IMG/VR virus record: IMGVR_UViG_3300036770_008728
Coordinates: 1 to 64,000 of that record
DNA from: a virus
Direction: 5' to 3' (one strand)
Length of the DNA: 64,000 bases
Shown here: one piece after another, positions 38,531-47,474 of the stretch
Layout: every line of letters begins with the position of its first letter
How positions within the stretch are numbered: the first letter of the stretch is position 1
Program-made: the position numbers and the translations under genes
The notes under the pieces: model-generated
The model's database searches: none
Seen by the model: the letters and a program-made list of their open reading frames with translations, nothing else
What the model was told of the DNA's origin: nothing

Positions 38531-38665
38531 TGAGTGCATGACTCTGGCGCTGGGGAAAGTAGGGCTCATAACCCGAGCGGACCAGATAGCGCGTGTTGAC
38601 TTCTCACCAGCACAATAACCGGTGGTCGCCCGGTTGTCGCTTCCGGCGCCAGATTCATACACTCA
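38531..38665 (+). ncRNA. Predicted multibranch structured RNA with initiator-tRNA-like anticodon arm
   Basis: 25-bp closing stem, inner hairpins including GGG CTCATAA CCC. Confidence 0.55.
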
Positions 38666-39241
38666 CACCATTTGATGGCGGTTCATTTTGCGAACCGCGT
38701 AGGCATCCAGAGTCATGGACCAGATAGCCAGGAGCATCAGGAATTTTAAACTGATCATGGCCGTAGTCTGATGGCTGTAGAAGAACGGTGCCGCTATTGG
38801 GTGGTAAATTTCCCACTTGTAGGCCATGACTTCAGCCAAAACCAGCGCGTTGTAAACGATGTTGGTCAGTAACACGTAACCCATGAATTCCACTTGAGGG
38901 ATTCTGCGGGGGGCCAGAGAACAGCCGGCAGCAAGCCACATCTTGGGGTGACTATAAAAATTCAGCAGTACCCAGTATGTAATGGCGTCCAGAAACAAAC
39001 TACCCATGAGATACCATTGAACGGCGTATTTAGTATTCAGGGTGTCAAACATTAAGACATCAATGATTTTGCTGAACATTAAAATCAGCAAAGGTACGAA
39101 TATTTCAGGTTTATCCCGGTTGGCCACGGCAATGAATGCCGCAGCCAGTTCCAGAACAATCACCGGTAAATAGGGAACCTCGCGACAAACAAAGAGCGCC
39201 ACGATTGAAACTAAAAACAAAATGATGTTCAGGATAAACAT
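38663..39241 (-). CDS. Polytopic membrane protein (about 6 TM)
   Basis: Multiple hydrophobic segments; last gene of XRE operon. Confidence 0.8.
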   Translation of the reverse strand: MFILNIILFLVSIVALFVCREVPYLPVIVLELAAAFIAVANRDKPEIFVPLLILMFSKIIDVLMFDTLNTKYAVQWYLMGSLFLDAITYWVLLNFYSHPKMWLAAGCSLAPRRIPQVEFMGYVLLTNIVYNALVLAEVMAYKWEIYHPIAAPFFYSHQTTAMISLKFLMLLAIWSMTLDAYAVRKMNRHQMV

Positions 39242-39246
39242 AAATA

Positions 39247-39513
39247 TTAAACCGGTGCTGGTGGTTCTTCAGGTGGCCACGGTGGTAAATCGCCACCACC
39301 GCTCATTGGTGTAGGCGTTGGGCTCGGTTCTGGTTCAGGTGTTTTTTCCGCCGGGGTCTCAGCGGCGAGTAAAGCCTGGCCTTCAGAAGACAACGTGACC
39401 TTATCGCTTACCGATTGCTCGATCCCAGAAGCGACTGGGTTTGCTGTCACCACGGGGCTCTGGCTCGGTAATACCGTCATTTCCTTGTTCTGGTAACGGG
39501 TGTTGATATCCAT
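39247..39513 (-). CDS. Small disordered Pro-rich protein
   Basis: AAGGAG SD; DKVTLSSEGQALL and GGGDLPPWPP motifs. Confidence 0.7.
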   Translation of the reverse strand: MDINTRYQNKEMTVLPSQSPVVTANPVASGIEQSVSDKVTLSSEGQALLAAETPAEKTPEPEPSPTPTPMSGGGDLPPWPPEEPPAPV

Positions 39514-39799
39514 CTGTTTCTCCTTTGAGGGATTTTAACCAGTGGTGAGGTAGGATTTTTGCTAACCACTGCGGTAGTACGGGATTCTGTTCAATGTTGT
39601 CTTCAGAAAATAAATCCAAGACCACTAACGGATCTGGTTCCGTCAACCAAACCCATTTTCGAACAATATCAAAGCTCGTGTTGATATTGGCCTCTATGTT
39701 GTAAACGGTTTGTCTTGAGCATTTTAGTTTCTCAGCCATTTCTGCAACAGACCAATTTTTGGCCTCTCGCATTGATTTTAAGCGTTCACCTGTATCCAC
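39401..39799 (-). CDS. XRE-family HTH regulator (candidate repressor)
   Basis: GERLKSMRE...WS..EMAEKL..SRQTVYNIE; divergent from early operon. Confidence 0.85.
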   Translation of the reverse strand: MDTGERLKSMREAKNWSVAEMAEKLKCSRQTVYNIEANINTSFDIVRKWVWLTEPDPLVVLDLFSEDNIEQNPVLPQWLAKILPHHWLKSLKGETDGYQHPLPEQGNDGITEPEPRGDSKPSRFWDRAIGKR

Positions 39800-39910
39800 C
39801 TTAAGCCTTATTGTAATTATCTGTTAAGTTCTGATTATTTTTCGCTCGAAACCCTAGAAAATCATCTTTTTATCTAATTTCCGTAAGATTTTCTGTATAA
39901 AAATTCGACA

Positions 39911-39975
39911 CTTGTCCAATTAAATTGACAAGCGATTATGTATAGTCTGGGCACAAATGACAAGGTGGATTGTCT
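39911..39975. promoter_or_regulatory. Immunity-type control region
   Basis: Near-palindrome CTTGTCCAATTAAATTGACAAG; minus-strand TTGTCA (39963-39958), 17 bp, CATAAT (39940-39935). Confidence 0.6.
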
Positions 39976-40193
39976 GTTATTTGTACTATTTAGCCATTAG
40001 GATTTAAAACAAAATTAAGAGCGCCAAAGGGCGAACTTTTAGTGTCAGAGGGATTTGCACGGATCGCCACTGACCATTAGGATTAACAAACATCTGTTTG
40101 TCATGGGGCTGTACATCGGCCCCTATAACTTGCTCTGTAAACCGGAGCCATTTGCTTCTAAAACGAAGTAACGAACCATTAGGATTAACAATT

Positions 40194-40520
40194 ATGCTGC
40201 ACTTCTACAGTCAAGCTGATCATCAGCTGTACCTCCAAGCTATATCCCAGCCAGTCACCGGCAAAGCACTACAGGAAATGGTTAACCGCAAAATTAGCGG
40301 CGATGAGCCACGCTCGTTATTCCTGGCGCCGGGTAATTCCAGTACAGACAAAGACGCGAATGGTGTCTCTACGTATTTCGACTGGATGTGGTTCAAAACT
40401 CCCTACAACGAAGAGGGCCAGCCAATTCCTGTTGTTATTGGCCAGACAGATTTAAAGCCATACCGGATTATGAACGGCGGTTTTCTGCTGAGTAACGGTC
40501 AGTGGTCTTCACACTCGTAA
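40194..40520 (+). CDS. Hypothetical protein
   Basis: Start ATG 40194 by conserved RBS motif. Confidence 0.75.
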   Translation: MLHFYSQADHQLYLQAISQPVTGKALQEMVNRKISGDEPRSLFLAPGNSSTDKDANGVSTYFDWMWFKTPYNEEGQPIPVVIGQTDLKPYRIMNGGFLLSNGQWSSHS

Positions 40521-40530
40521 GATTTTTCGG

Positions 40531-40554
40531 AGCCCTGTAAACCGGGGTTTTTTT
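40531..40554 (+). terminator. Intrinsic terminator with TAAAC-loop hairpin
   Basis: AGCCCTG TAAAC CGGGGTT TTTTT. Confidence 0.7.
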
Positions 40555-40577
40555 GACTAACCATTAGGATTAACATC

Positions 40578-41087
40578 ATGTTTCACATTTCAAAGCACAT
40601 CTTCAAGCATCTGGAGTTCTTTGCTCTGGGCGCTCCGGAACCAGAATACGTCTTACCAAACCTTGAGCTGGATGCGGTGGCCCAGTTCGTGACTGACTTT
40701 GATATAGAAATCAAAGAAGTGGCCATTCAAGGTGAATGTTGGGCTATGTGTGATGTCACACGAACTCCATCTCTTTGCAACGTGGTCAATATCCGAGTGG
40801 CTGAGCCAGTAGTAAAACCCCCACCGAAGCGTAATTTCTACAGCGATGCGATGTTTATCCAAGGGGGGGCCAGCAACCCTCGGGCAATCGTCAACACCAT
40901 TCAAGACTTCATGAAAGGCCCATTGAAGGATTTCGGTACTGATGCGCTGCGAAGTGATCCTGGCCTGCGTTTGATGGTGCATCAGCTGGCTTATCTGATG
41001 AATGTGTACGAAATGGACAGCCGCCCGTTGATTTACAGTGAGGTGTGCGAGGCCTGTGTGAAACTGGGTAATGGTGAACCGCAATGA
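40578..41087 (+). CDS. Hypothetical protein
   Basis: Conserved RBS motif. Confidence 0.75.
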   Translation: MFHISKHIFKHLEFFALGAPEPEYVLPNLELDAVAQFVTDFDIEIKEVAIQGECWAMCDVTRTPSLCNVVNIRVAEPVVKPPPKRNFYSDAMFIQGGASNPRAIVNTIQDFMKGPLKDFGTDALRSDPGLRLMVHQLAYLMNVYEMDSRPLIYSEVCEACVKLGNGEPQ

Positions 41088-41353
41088 GTGAAGTGATTTT
41101 GGATGGTGTGACCTTCGAGGTCAATATTGAGAGTGGTAACGCCGCACTGGTGCAGGACCCGAACGCAGAAGTCATCCGAATCCTGCAGAAGATCATTGCG
41201 GTGCTGGCAGACAATCCACCGGCCAGTGGTGTGGGTGGTGTCGTGAAGGACATCAACGGCAATACCGTGGGCGACTGGGGTCTGTACGTTGAGACCAAAC
41301 AGCAAGACGACGAAGGTGAGTTGGACTTGCCGTATCGTGACGTGAACGTTTAA
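41084..41353 (+). CDS. Hypothetical acidic protein
   Basis: ATGA coupling; D.NGNTVG.W motif. Confidence 0.75.
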   Translation: MSEVILDGVTFEVNIESGNAALVQDPNAEVIRILQKIIAVLADNPPASGVGGVVKDINGNTVGDWGLYVETKQQDDEGELDLPYRDVNV

Positions 41354-41373
41354 CAATCAGGGGATTAACAAAC

Positions 41374-41592
41374 ATGAAAAAAGGTTTTTTGGCCGCGCTG
41401 TTCGCCGCTACGGTGTCGTTCATAGTTCCGGATAATCGCCGGCAAAAGCGCAAACCTCAGCATTACCGGGCACTGCCGGAAACCAGTACCGGAACGCCAA
41501 TGCCGGTAGTAAAAACCCCACCGATGACTGAAGCGGATGCGAAGCGTGTGAAACAGCGGCACCGTCAGCGTAAAGCGAAGCGGGGTTACTGA
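41374..41592 (+). CDS. Hypothetical basic protein
   Basis: Conserved RBS motif. Confidence 0.7.
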   Translation: MKKGFLAALFAATVSFIVPDNRRQKRKPQHYRALPETSTGTPMPVVKTPPMTEADAKRVKQRHRQRKAKRGY

Positions 41593-41593
41593 G

Positions 41594-41923
41594 ATGCGGG
41601 GAGCAAATACAGCCGGCGGTTTTAATCACCGCCGCCATGATGTGGCCCGTCGTGAACTGCAGGAACTGAGCGCTGTCATCCAACTGAATTATGTCCCTTC
41701 ACGGAATTTGAATGGTGATGTGGAGCTGCGTGGTGGTGGTTTTATGGTCACGTTCCGTGAGGCTGAAACGGTGCAGGTTGTGTTTGTCTGGGCGGATTCC
41801 GTTGCCCAGGCCCGGCACAAAGCCGCGAAGTACTGCACGTTGGTCAAAGTTGAAGAAGTCGTAGCTCGGCCAACGGGTTTGACCTCTGCCAACCGTGCTG
41901 TGGGTCTTATCCAAAACAATTAG
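41594..41923 (+). CDS. Hypothetical protein
   Basis: Tight packing. Confidence 0.6.
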   Translation: MRGANTAGGFNHRRHDVARRELQELSAVIQLNYVPSRNLNGDVELRGGGFMVTFREAETVQVVFVWADSVAQARHKAAKYCTLVKVEEVVARPTGLTSANRAVGLIQNN

Positions 41924-41967
41924 TCCTGTACATCGGGACTGTCACTAACCATTAGGATTAACAAATT

Positions 41968-42600
41968 ATGCCGTGGCAAACTTTCAAACACATCAAAGAC
42001 GTGCGTAAAAGCCGTTTCTCTAAAGTCATTCGTTCAGCCATTACCCTCAACGAAGCTACGCAGCTTCAGGTGGTCTTCGATATCCAGATAGCGCAGCGCC
42101 GAAATACTTTTGAATACCACGGGGACCATCAGGCCATTGCCCGTTGGCGCTGGATGAAGCGCAAGCTGAAAAAACTGGTTGCCTCCGGCGTCATCCCGCC
42201 GGAATACAACAAGCTTGGCTCTAAAGTGACCCGGGATTTCTATTCCCGAAATCGTTATTACTACGACAGTCGTCTGACCTCTGAAGACGGCTGGGAGCAA
42301 TACGACACGGACCAAGATGCGTGGTACTTCGGCGTGTGGGTGAATCTGCGTGAGCGGAAGACTTTCAGCTATGTCGAGGGCGATCTGATTCTGGTCGAGT
42401 CTCCAACGCAGGAAATCTTCATTGCTGAGCTGAAGCAAATGGCGGAGTTCTACGAACCGGCTCGGGCCTTCAGCACCATCGATGAGGATGGAACGGTGAC
42501 ACGTCACTACTGCTCACGTCCTGGCGATGACCTGATTGGTTTCTCCATTGAAGAATGGGTGGCCAAGCAGCAGGCCCAGAAGGAGGCGGTGAATGCCTAA
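41968..42600 (+). CDS. Hypothetical protein
   Basis: Conserved RBS motif; GW.QYDTDQDAWYFGVWVN. Confidence 0.8.
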   Translation: MPWQTFKHIKDVRKSRFSKVIRSAITLNEATQLQVVFDIQIAQRRNTFEYHGDHQAIARWRWMKRKLKKLVASGVIPPEYNKLGSKVTRDFYSRNRYYYDSRLTSEDGWEQYDTDQDAWYFGVWVNLRERKTFSYVEGDLILVESPTQEIFIAELKQMAEFYEPARAFSTIDEDGTVTRHYCSRPGDDLIGFSIEEWVAKQQAQKEAVNA

Positions 42601-42802
42601 GTACCATATCACCTCGCCCAAAAAGCCCGAAGGCGCTGTGTTTGATGAAAAGCAGTTCGCGGAATTTCTGGTCTGGCTTTTCAAATGCCAGAGCGAAGAA
42701 CAGACCAAGCAGCTGATGAAGTTCCGTCACGAACTGCACGAAAAGGGCAAACACAGCTTCCCTGAGCACGGTGTAGAAATCACTGTGATGGAGTCTGCGT
42801 GA
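42593..42802 (+). CDS. Hypothetical protein
   Basis: AGGAGG SD. Confidence 0.7.
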   Translation: MPKYHITSPKKPEGAVFDEKQFAEFLVWLFKCQSEEQTKQLMKFRHELHEKGKHSFPEHGVEITVMESA

Positions 42803-42912
42803 AACTAATGCTTATGCAGCTGTCAGCAATCCTGCTGGTAGTCAGCTGCCTAATTTTGATTGTCTGGGAAACCCTATGCTGGCTTGGCCGGCGAATTCGG
42901 AGATGGTTATGA
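42799..42912 (+). CDS. 37-aa membrane peptide (not in ORF track)
   Basis: GGAG SD, GTGA/ATGA overlaps, TM plus basic tail. Confidence 0.55.
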   Translation: MKLMLMQLSAILLVVSCLILIVWETLCWLGRRIRRWL

Positions 42913-43277
42913 CGGAAATAACAGAAGACCAACGTTTGGCTTTGTTGGAAAGCACGATGCGGGAATATTCGGACACCTTGGGTGACCACCACTGGCAGGC
43001 CGCTGAAGGATTAAAAAAGCTGCGTCAGTTCCTGAATACAGACGTGATGCAGAAGCCGGAAATAGGCGAAGTTCTGGAGCGAGCGCGGGATTTAATCGAA
43101 GCTGGCACCGATACGCTGGAAGACGAAATTGCCATGTTGTGGGATTTAGTCGGTGCTCTGTCAGGACATGTGAATCGTGCTGAGTTCGATGAGATCATGA
43201 TTAAGGGTCTACATCAAGCTCAGGAAAATATGCAGTACGCCCCCCAAGACGAAGAGAACGGTGACTGGAATGTGTGA
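42909..43277 (+). CDS. Hypothetical acidic protein
   Basis: GGAG SD before MTEITED. Confidence 0.7.
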   Translation: MTEITEDQRLALLESTMREYSDTLGDHHWQAAEGLKKLRQFLNTDVMQKPEIGEVLERARDLIEAGTDTLEDEIAMLWDLVGALSGHVNRAEFDEIMIKGLHQAQENMQYAPQDEENGDWNV

Positions 43278-43530
43278 TTGCAAAACGAAATATGAAGAAG
43301 AAATCGTTAAAAGTGCCAAGGAGCAGTTGCCGGATTCAACTGACCACACGGCAGAGCTGCAGGGATATGTGCTGGGTATCCAAAAGGGTACGAATGACAT
43401 CGTACAGCGTCAGGCAATGCAGGTCGTGATTAAGTACACGGCACATCGCAAAGGTGTCTCGCGTTCGAAAAAGCTGGTTCAAAGTGTGATGGCCAGCTTC
43501 TGCATGTTCTGTGGCGCTTCGTTGAAATAA
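43270..43530 (+). CDS. Small Zn-finger-like protein
   Basis: MCDC ... FCMFCG. Confidence 0.75.
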   Translation: MCDCKTKYEEEIVKSAKEQLPDSTDHTAELQGYVLGIQKGTNDIVQRQAMQVVIKYTAHRKGVSRSKKLVQSVMASFCMFCGASLK

Positions 43531-43588
43531 ACCGGCCCCCGCCAAAGGGGTGGGGCCTTTAGTACCCTAACCATTAGGATTAACGAAT

Positions 43589-44392
43589 ATGAGTAATTAT
43601 TACGGTTATACCGAAAAGTACTTAGACCAGTGGCCGCGAATGGTGGAGCTTGAAACACTCTTTCCAGTCGCAGGGTATCGGGCTGGAATGTGGCATGGTG
43701 CGGTTATTTCGGAAGATTTGAAAACCGTAGTAACCCCGTCACACAACGTAAACATGAATGACCCTATTGGCCATTTATTAGGTATCTGGGATTCTGGGTA
43801 TGTCCCAGACCCGCTGTTTGAGAGCTCTGCAGGTGTTTTTGGTCGCTTTCTTCAATATAGTTATAACCGTACAAGTGATCCCTTCGCAGATGACCCGTTT
43901 TTGGATCAAATCAAGGGCGGTTTTACCTTCACAGGGAACCATCTTCAAATTTCTCACGGGTTCACTATCTACACTGCGAATTTAGACTTGGCTAAGTATC
44001 TGTTAACCCGGCTGTCTGAAATTTTTTCCAGGGATGTGTACTGTACAAGCGCTCTATTAGCCAGACATGGACGCACCCAGGCACACCATCTTTACTACTC
44101 AAAATTATATGGTTTCTCGACAGTACGTGGAGATCAGCACGAGCAGATCCAGCAGATTTTGTCGGGCCAAGTCCTGTGTAAGGCCTCAGACCATCATAAC
44201 CGACAGTCTTGGATTACGTACCTGGCCAGTGAAGCCACCTACTTGGGGTTTCGAAAAGATGTCGATTTGGGCGAATTTCTTCGCAAGAAATTATCTGACC
44301 CCGAGGAGTACTTTAACCAGAAGTTACCTTGGAATTATTCACCGAAGTATCCGGTGATTTCTAACTACTTACTCGACCAGTACGTAGGTTAA
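43589..44392 (+). CDS. Hypothetical protein
   Basis: Conserved RBS motif; bounded by two hairpin-motif cassettes. Confidence 0.8.
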   Translation: MSNYYGYTEKYLDQWPRMVELETLFPVAGYRAGMWHGAVISEDLKTVVTPSHNVNMNDPIGHLLGIWDSGYVPDPLFESSAGVFGRFLQYSYNRTSDPFADDPFLDQIKGGFTFTGNHLQISHGFTIYTANLDLAKYLLTRLSEIFSRDVYCTSALLARHGRTQAHHLYYSKLYGFSTVRGDQHEQIQQILSGQVLCKASDHHNRQSWITYLASEATYLGFRKDVDLGEFLRKKLSDPEEYFNQKLPWNYSPKYPVISNYLLDQYVG

Positions 44393-44447
44393 TTTTCCCC
44401 CGCCAAAGGGTGGGCTCTTTACTACCAACCATTAGGATTAACAAATC

Positions 44448-44927
44448 ATGTCAAAAACCAAAGGTATTGCACCGCTCAATCTGATTTACACGTTCATTTC
44501 CCACAATGAAGGCGAACGTCCTTACATCTGCACCCAGGGTCTGGAAGTTCAGAGCTTCAAGATGTCTCAAACTGAGACCACGTTCGGTTTCGGCAACGAT
44601 AGCGTGAAGATTGACGATGAACCGATGCAGGCCTACGCCGACAATCCGACGCCAGAAACATTGGAAGCGATGGCAGCAGCCATTCACCGGACGATGCACT
44701 TTGCCTTGTTGAATTCTGGCATGGCCGTGGCCGGGATGCGCTGGCCGGTGACTGAAGAAATCTACTGGTACTTCCTCGAAATCCTCCCGCCGATGGATTA
44801 CCACAAGTCTGAAGGCTTCCGTATTTGTGAAGCCAAAGGAACGGACCCCCTGGGGAACTACATCCGTTCGGCTTACTACTTCGAAAACGGCACCTACTGG
44901 CACGAATACGTGGCGGATAAGAAATGA
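44448..44927 (+). CDS. Hypothetical protein (DUF1419-like C-terminus)
   Basis: Conserved RBS motif; EE.YWYFLEILPP. Confidence 0.75.
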   Translation: MSKTKGIAPLNLIYTFISHNEGERPYICTQGLEVQSFKMSQTETTFGFGNDSVKIDDEPMQAYADNPTPETLEAMAAAIHRTMHFALLNSGMAVAGMRWPVTEEIYWYFLEILPPMDYHKSEGFRICEAKGTDPLGNYIRSAYYFENGTYWHEYVADKK

Positions 44928-45109
44928 GCCGGCGCCGGTTTGGTGGTGTTGCACAGCTGGTACTCCGGCTGTGTCTTTTCTGGTTTGGCGTTGTTCTGTT
45001 TGTGGCGGTGGTAGTCAGCCGCCTACCAGATCGAGTGCCCTGTAAAACCGTTGAGTGGACCGCGCAGCAAGATGCTGTGTGTATTACTCGTGATGTGGGA
45101 GGTGAATGA
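44924..45109 (+). CDS. Small membrane protein
   Basis: ATGA coupling, one TM. Confidence 0.6.
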   Translation: MSRRRFGGVAQLVLRLCLFWFGVVLFVAVVVSRLPDRVPCKTVEWTAQQDAVCITRDVGGE

Positions 45110-45327
45110 TGTCAAGAATGGATATGTGTCGCTGTAACACTTGCGGGTCGACGTTTAAGGTCTCTGCATGTATCCCTGACTTTGGTAATCACGATGGTTG
45201 GGAGTTACCACCCTCAACACAGCACTACTGCCCGAACTGTCCCGATGCCGAGGCTATTGACGATTATTTCTATTCTGAAAGCCCTACAAACAACGTACAG
45301 CAAGGGGAGGTTCCCGATGTCAGTTGA
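45106..45327 (+). CDS. Zn-ribbon protein
   Basis: CNTC ... CPNC, GGAGG SD. Confidence 0.7.
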   Translation: MMSRMDMCRCNTCGSTFKVSACIPDFGNHDGWELPPSTQHYCPNCPDAEAIDDYFYSESPTNNVQQGEVPDVS

Positions 45328-45664
45328 ATCCTACCCAACGAAAGCCCGGTTCTACCTGCTGACGATGGTACTGCAGATTGACTCTGGGCTGGCTTACGGC
45401 GGCTTTGAGTGGCACGAGAAATACGTGGCCAAGATACCGGCTGAGCTTTCGAACGAGGCGCTGCTGAATGCTCTTATGGCCGTGAACCGCAGCTTAAGCT
45501 CGGCGGTTTTGATTAAAACCGGCTCGGGCCACCGGTTAAAGCTGGGTAATTGCCTGATATTTGCGACCCGAACTGAACTCCGGCCGACGACGGCCAAAGA
45601 GCTCTTGGAGCAAAAAGTACTGCCATTACTAAATTTTCAACACAAGGTGGAGGTGGCCCTGTGA
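45317..45664 (+). CDS. Hypothetical protein
   Basis: GGAGG SD before MSVESYP. Confidence 0.7.
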   Translation: MSVESYPTKARFYLLTMVLQIDSGLAYGGFEWHEKYVAKIPAELSNEALLNALMAVNRSLSSAVLIKTGSGHRLKLGNCLIFATRTELRPTTAKELLEQKVLPLLNFQHKVEVAL

Positions 45665-46101
45665 GTGTTAAACAGATTCAAGCACGATTTCAAAGTATGC
45701 GCTTTGAAATCGACAATTTAACCAGCGCTAACCAGAACCTGAAGTCCCAGCTGGATGACGCCACAACGTTACTCAACACCATTCGTCACAGCCTGGGTGC
45801 TCAACCGGGTGAAACGGCGCTGGATACAGTGAATCGTGTTGTTGCTCTGTATCAGGATCGGGCTGAAAAAGCTGAAACAAATGTTCGACTTTTTAAATCA
45901 CGGAATACCGTGTTGGGGAATATCGTTTTAGAACGAACCGTCGACGCGGGGCGTATCAATGCTTTGGAGGCGGCGTTGTCTGTACTCCAGTTTGCAGCTT
46001 TCTTGGTGTGTGAAACCGATGAAAACCTTAAGAGGGTACTCATCGACACGCTGAAAATTCACAACGATGCGCCTGAAGAATTTAAGGACCTCAAACCATG
46101 A
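45661..46101 (+). CDS. Hypothetical coiled-coil protein
   Basis: GGAGG SD, GTGA overlap. Confidence 0.7.
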   Translation: MSVKQIQARFQSMRFEIDNLTSANQNLKSQLDDATTLLNTIRHSLGAQPGETALDTVNRVVALYQDRAEKAETNVRLFKSRNTVLGNIVLERTVDAGRINALEAALSVLQFAAFLVCETDENLKRVLIDTLKIHNDAPEEFKDLKP

Positions 46102-46508
46102 ACCTACGTGAACAATTAAGTTTTGGGCGTGGTGTCCGCTGCTTTATCAATCAGCCGAGTACACTACAGCCATTGCATCAATACAGTGGCCAGCGTTGTA
46201 TTGCCTTTCAGGGCGATCATTCACCGGAAAGCGGTATGGTCGATATCTACTTCACTCATGGTGAAGTGAGTTCCATAGTGGCGCCCATTTTGAGTCTGAG
46301 CCCACTGCATAGCCCAGGAGACAAAGAGCTGTATGTCGTTTGTGGTTATGACGGTGATTACGATAACCAGTGGACTCGGCTTATCGAGGCAGATAGTTAT
46401 GATGCTGCTGAGACTCGGCTGAGGGACACCCATTTTCCGGACGTGAACAAGGTCCACATACACTTCTCGGGACGACTGACCGATATGTTAAACAACGTTC
46501 TGAAATAA
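46098..46508 (+). CDS. Hypothetical two-domain protein
   Basis: INQPSTLQPLH motif; C-terminal domain shared with next gene. Confidence 0.75.
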   Translation: MNLREQLSFGRGVRCFINQPSTLQPLHQYSGQRCIAFQGDHSPESGMVDIYFTHGEVSSIVAPILSLSPLHSPGDKELYVVCGYDGDYDNQWTRLIEADSYDAAETRLRDTHFPDVNKVHIHFSGRLTDMLNNVLK

Positions 46509-46531
46509 ACCCTCAGAGGAAATAAATCCAA

Positions 46532-46927
46532 ATGACTGAACAAAAACACTCACCCATAGATATTGGTGTTCGACTGAATTTGACGAGCAACTTCAACAAG
46601 GAAGCTGGTTTGCTTGAACTCACGGTTGAATCAAAAATCAACTCTGTCACGGAGCAGCTGAGTCGTGATGTCTTCAACCTGCGGGAGCAAGCGCTTCGCA
46701 ATGCGTTGATTGAGCTGGGCTGGATCCCCCCAGAAACGGCTGAAAAGCTCTATCTGGTGTCCGGCTATGTTGGAGATCCAGAATCCACGCAAACCAGCCT
46801 GGTTGAGGCGCCGAACTCGAAGGTGGCCGAGGACATCTTTGTTCGTAAGCACTTTCCCGATGAGATGAACTGGGACATCCATTTTGTCGAGACATTGACC
46901 AACCTACTGGCCGATTCGCTGAAATAA
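46532..46927 (+). CDS. Hypothetical two-domain protein
   Basis: C-terminal domain paralogous to previous gene. Confidence 0.75.
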   Translation: MTEQKHSPIDIGVRLNLTSNFNKEAGLLELTVESKINSVTEQLSRDVFNLREQALRNALIELGWIPPETAEKLYLVSGYVGDPESTQTSLVEAPNSKVAEDIFVRKHFPDEMNWDIHFVETLTNLLADSLK

Positions 46928-46979
46928 CCACGGTCCTGCCAAAGGGTGGGACTTTCACAACCATTAGGATTAACAAACT

Positions 46980-47450
46980 ATGAAATCTCCGTATCAGGTG
47001 TACGTGTTCAACCTCAATGATTTTGCAACACTGTCGGCTGCAATGGCGGCCAGTTCAGAGATCCCCGAGAACGAGACCGGCCACTACCAGGCGCATTCGT
47101 TTGCAACAAAGGACGAGCGGTTATCGTTCATTGATGGGGTAAAAGCCGTCAATTCATTGCCCGGTCCTCACCATTTTGATGCAGTGCCTCTGGATTATTA
47201 CCTGCTGCAGGTTTACCGCGGTGCGGACTTTGACGAGAGCTATACAGCGGCTCGTGAAGACGGCGCTGTATATGACCTGGGTGTACGAGTCTCAATCGAA
47301 GAATTGAAGAATACGGATTTGCTGTCTTCATACCTGCGAATTGGGAACCGTACCGAGCGGTGTATCAATGATGGTCAGTCCAACATTCAGATGCTGCTGG
47401 TAAACCCTTTTGAGCCGTCAGAGTTTTATCGCTTAGAAGACCTTCTTTAA
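46980..47450 (+). CDS. Hypothetical protein
   Basis: Conserved RBS motif. Confidence 0.75.
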   Translation: MKSPYQVYVFNLNDFATLSAAMAASSEIPENETGHYQAHSFATKDERLSFIDGVKAVNSLPGPHHFDAVPLDYYLLQVYRGADFDESYTAAREDGAVYDLGVRVSIEELKNTDLLSSYLRIGNRTERCINDGQSNIQMLLVNPFEPSEFYRLEDLL

Positions 47451-47474
47451 TCAAACAATTCGGGATTAACAAAC

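Noticed and set aside
38593-38637. Further anticodon mimics (loops CTTCTCA, TGGTCGC)
   Set aside because: They break the U33 or purine-37 rules; only the CAT arm is convincing
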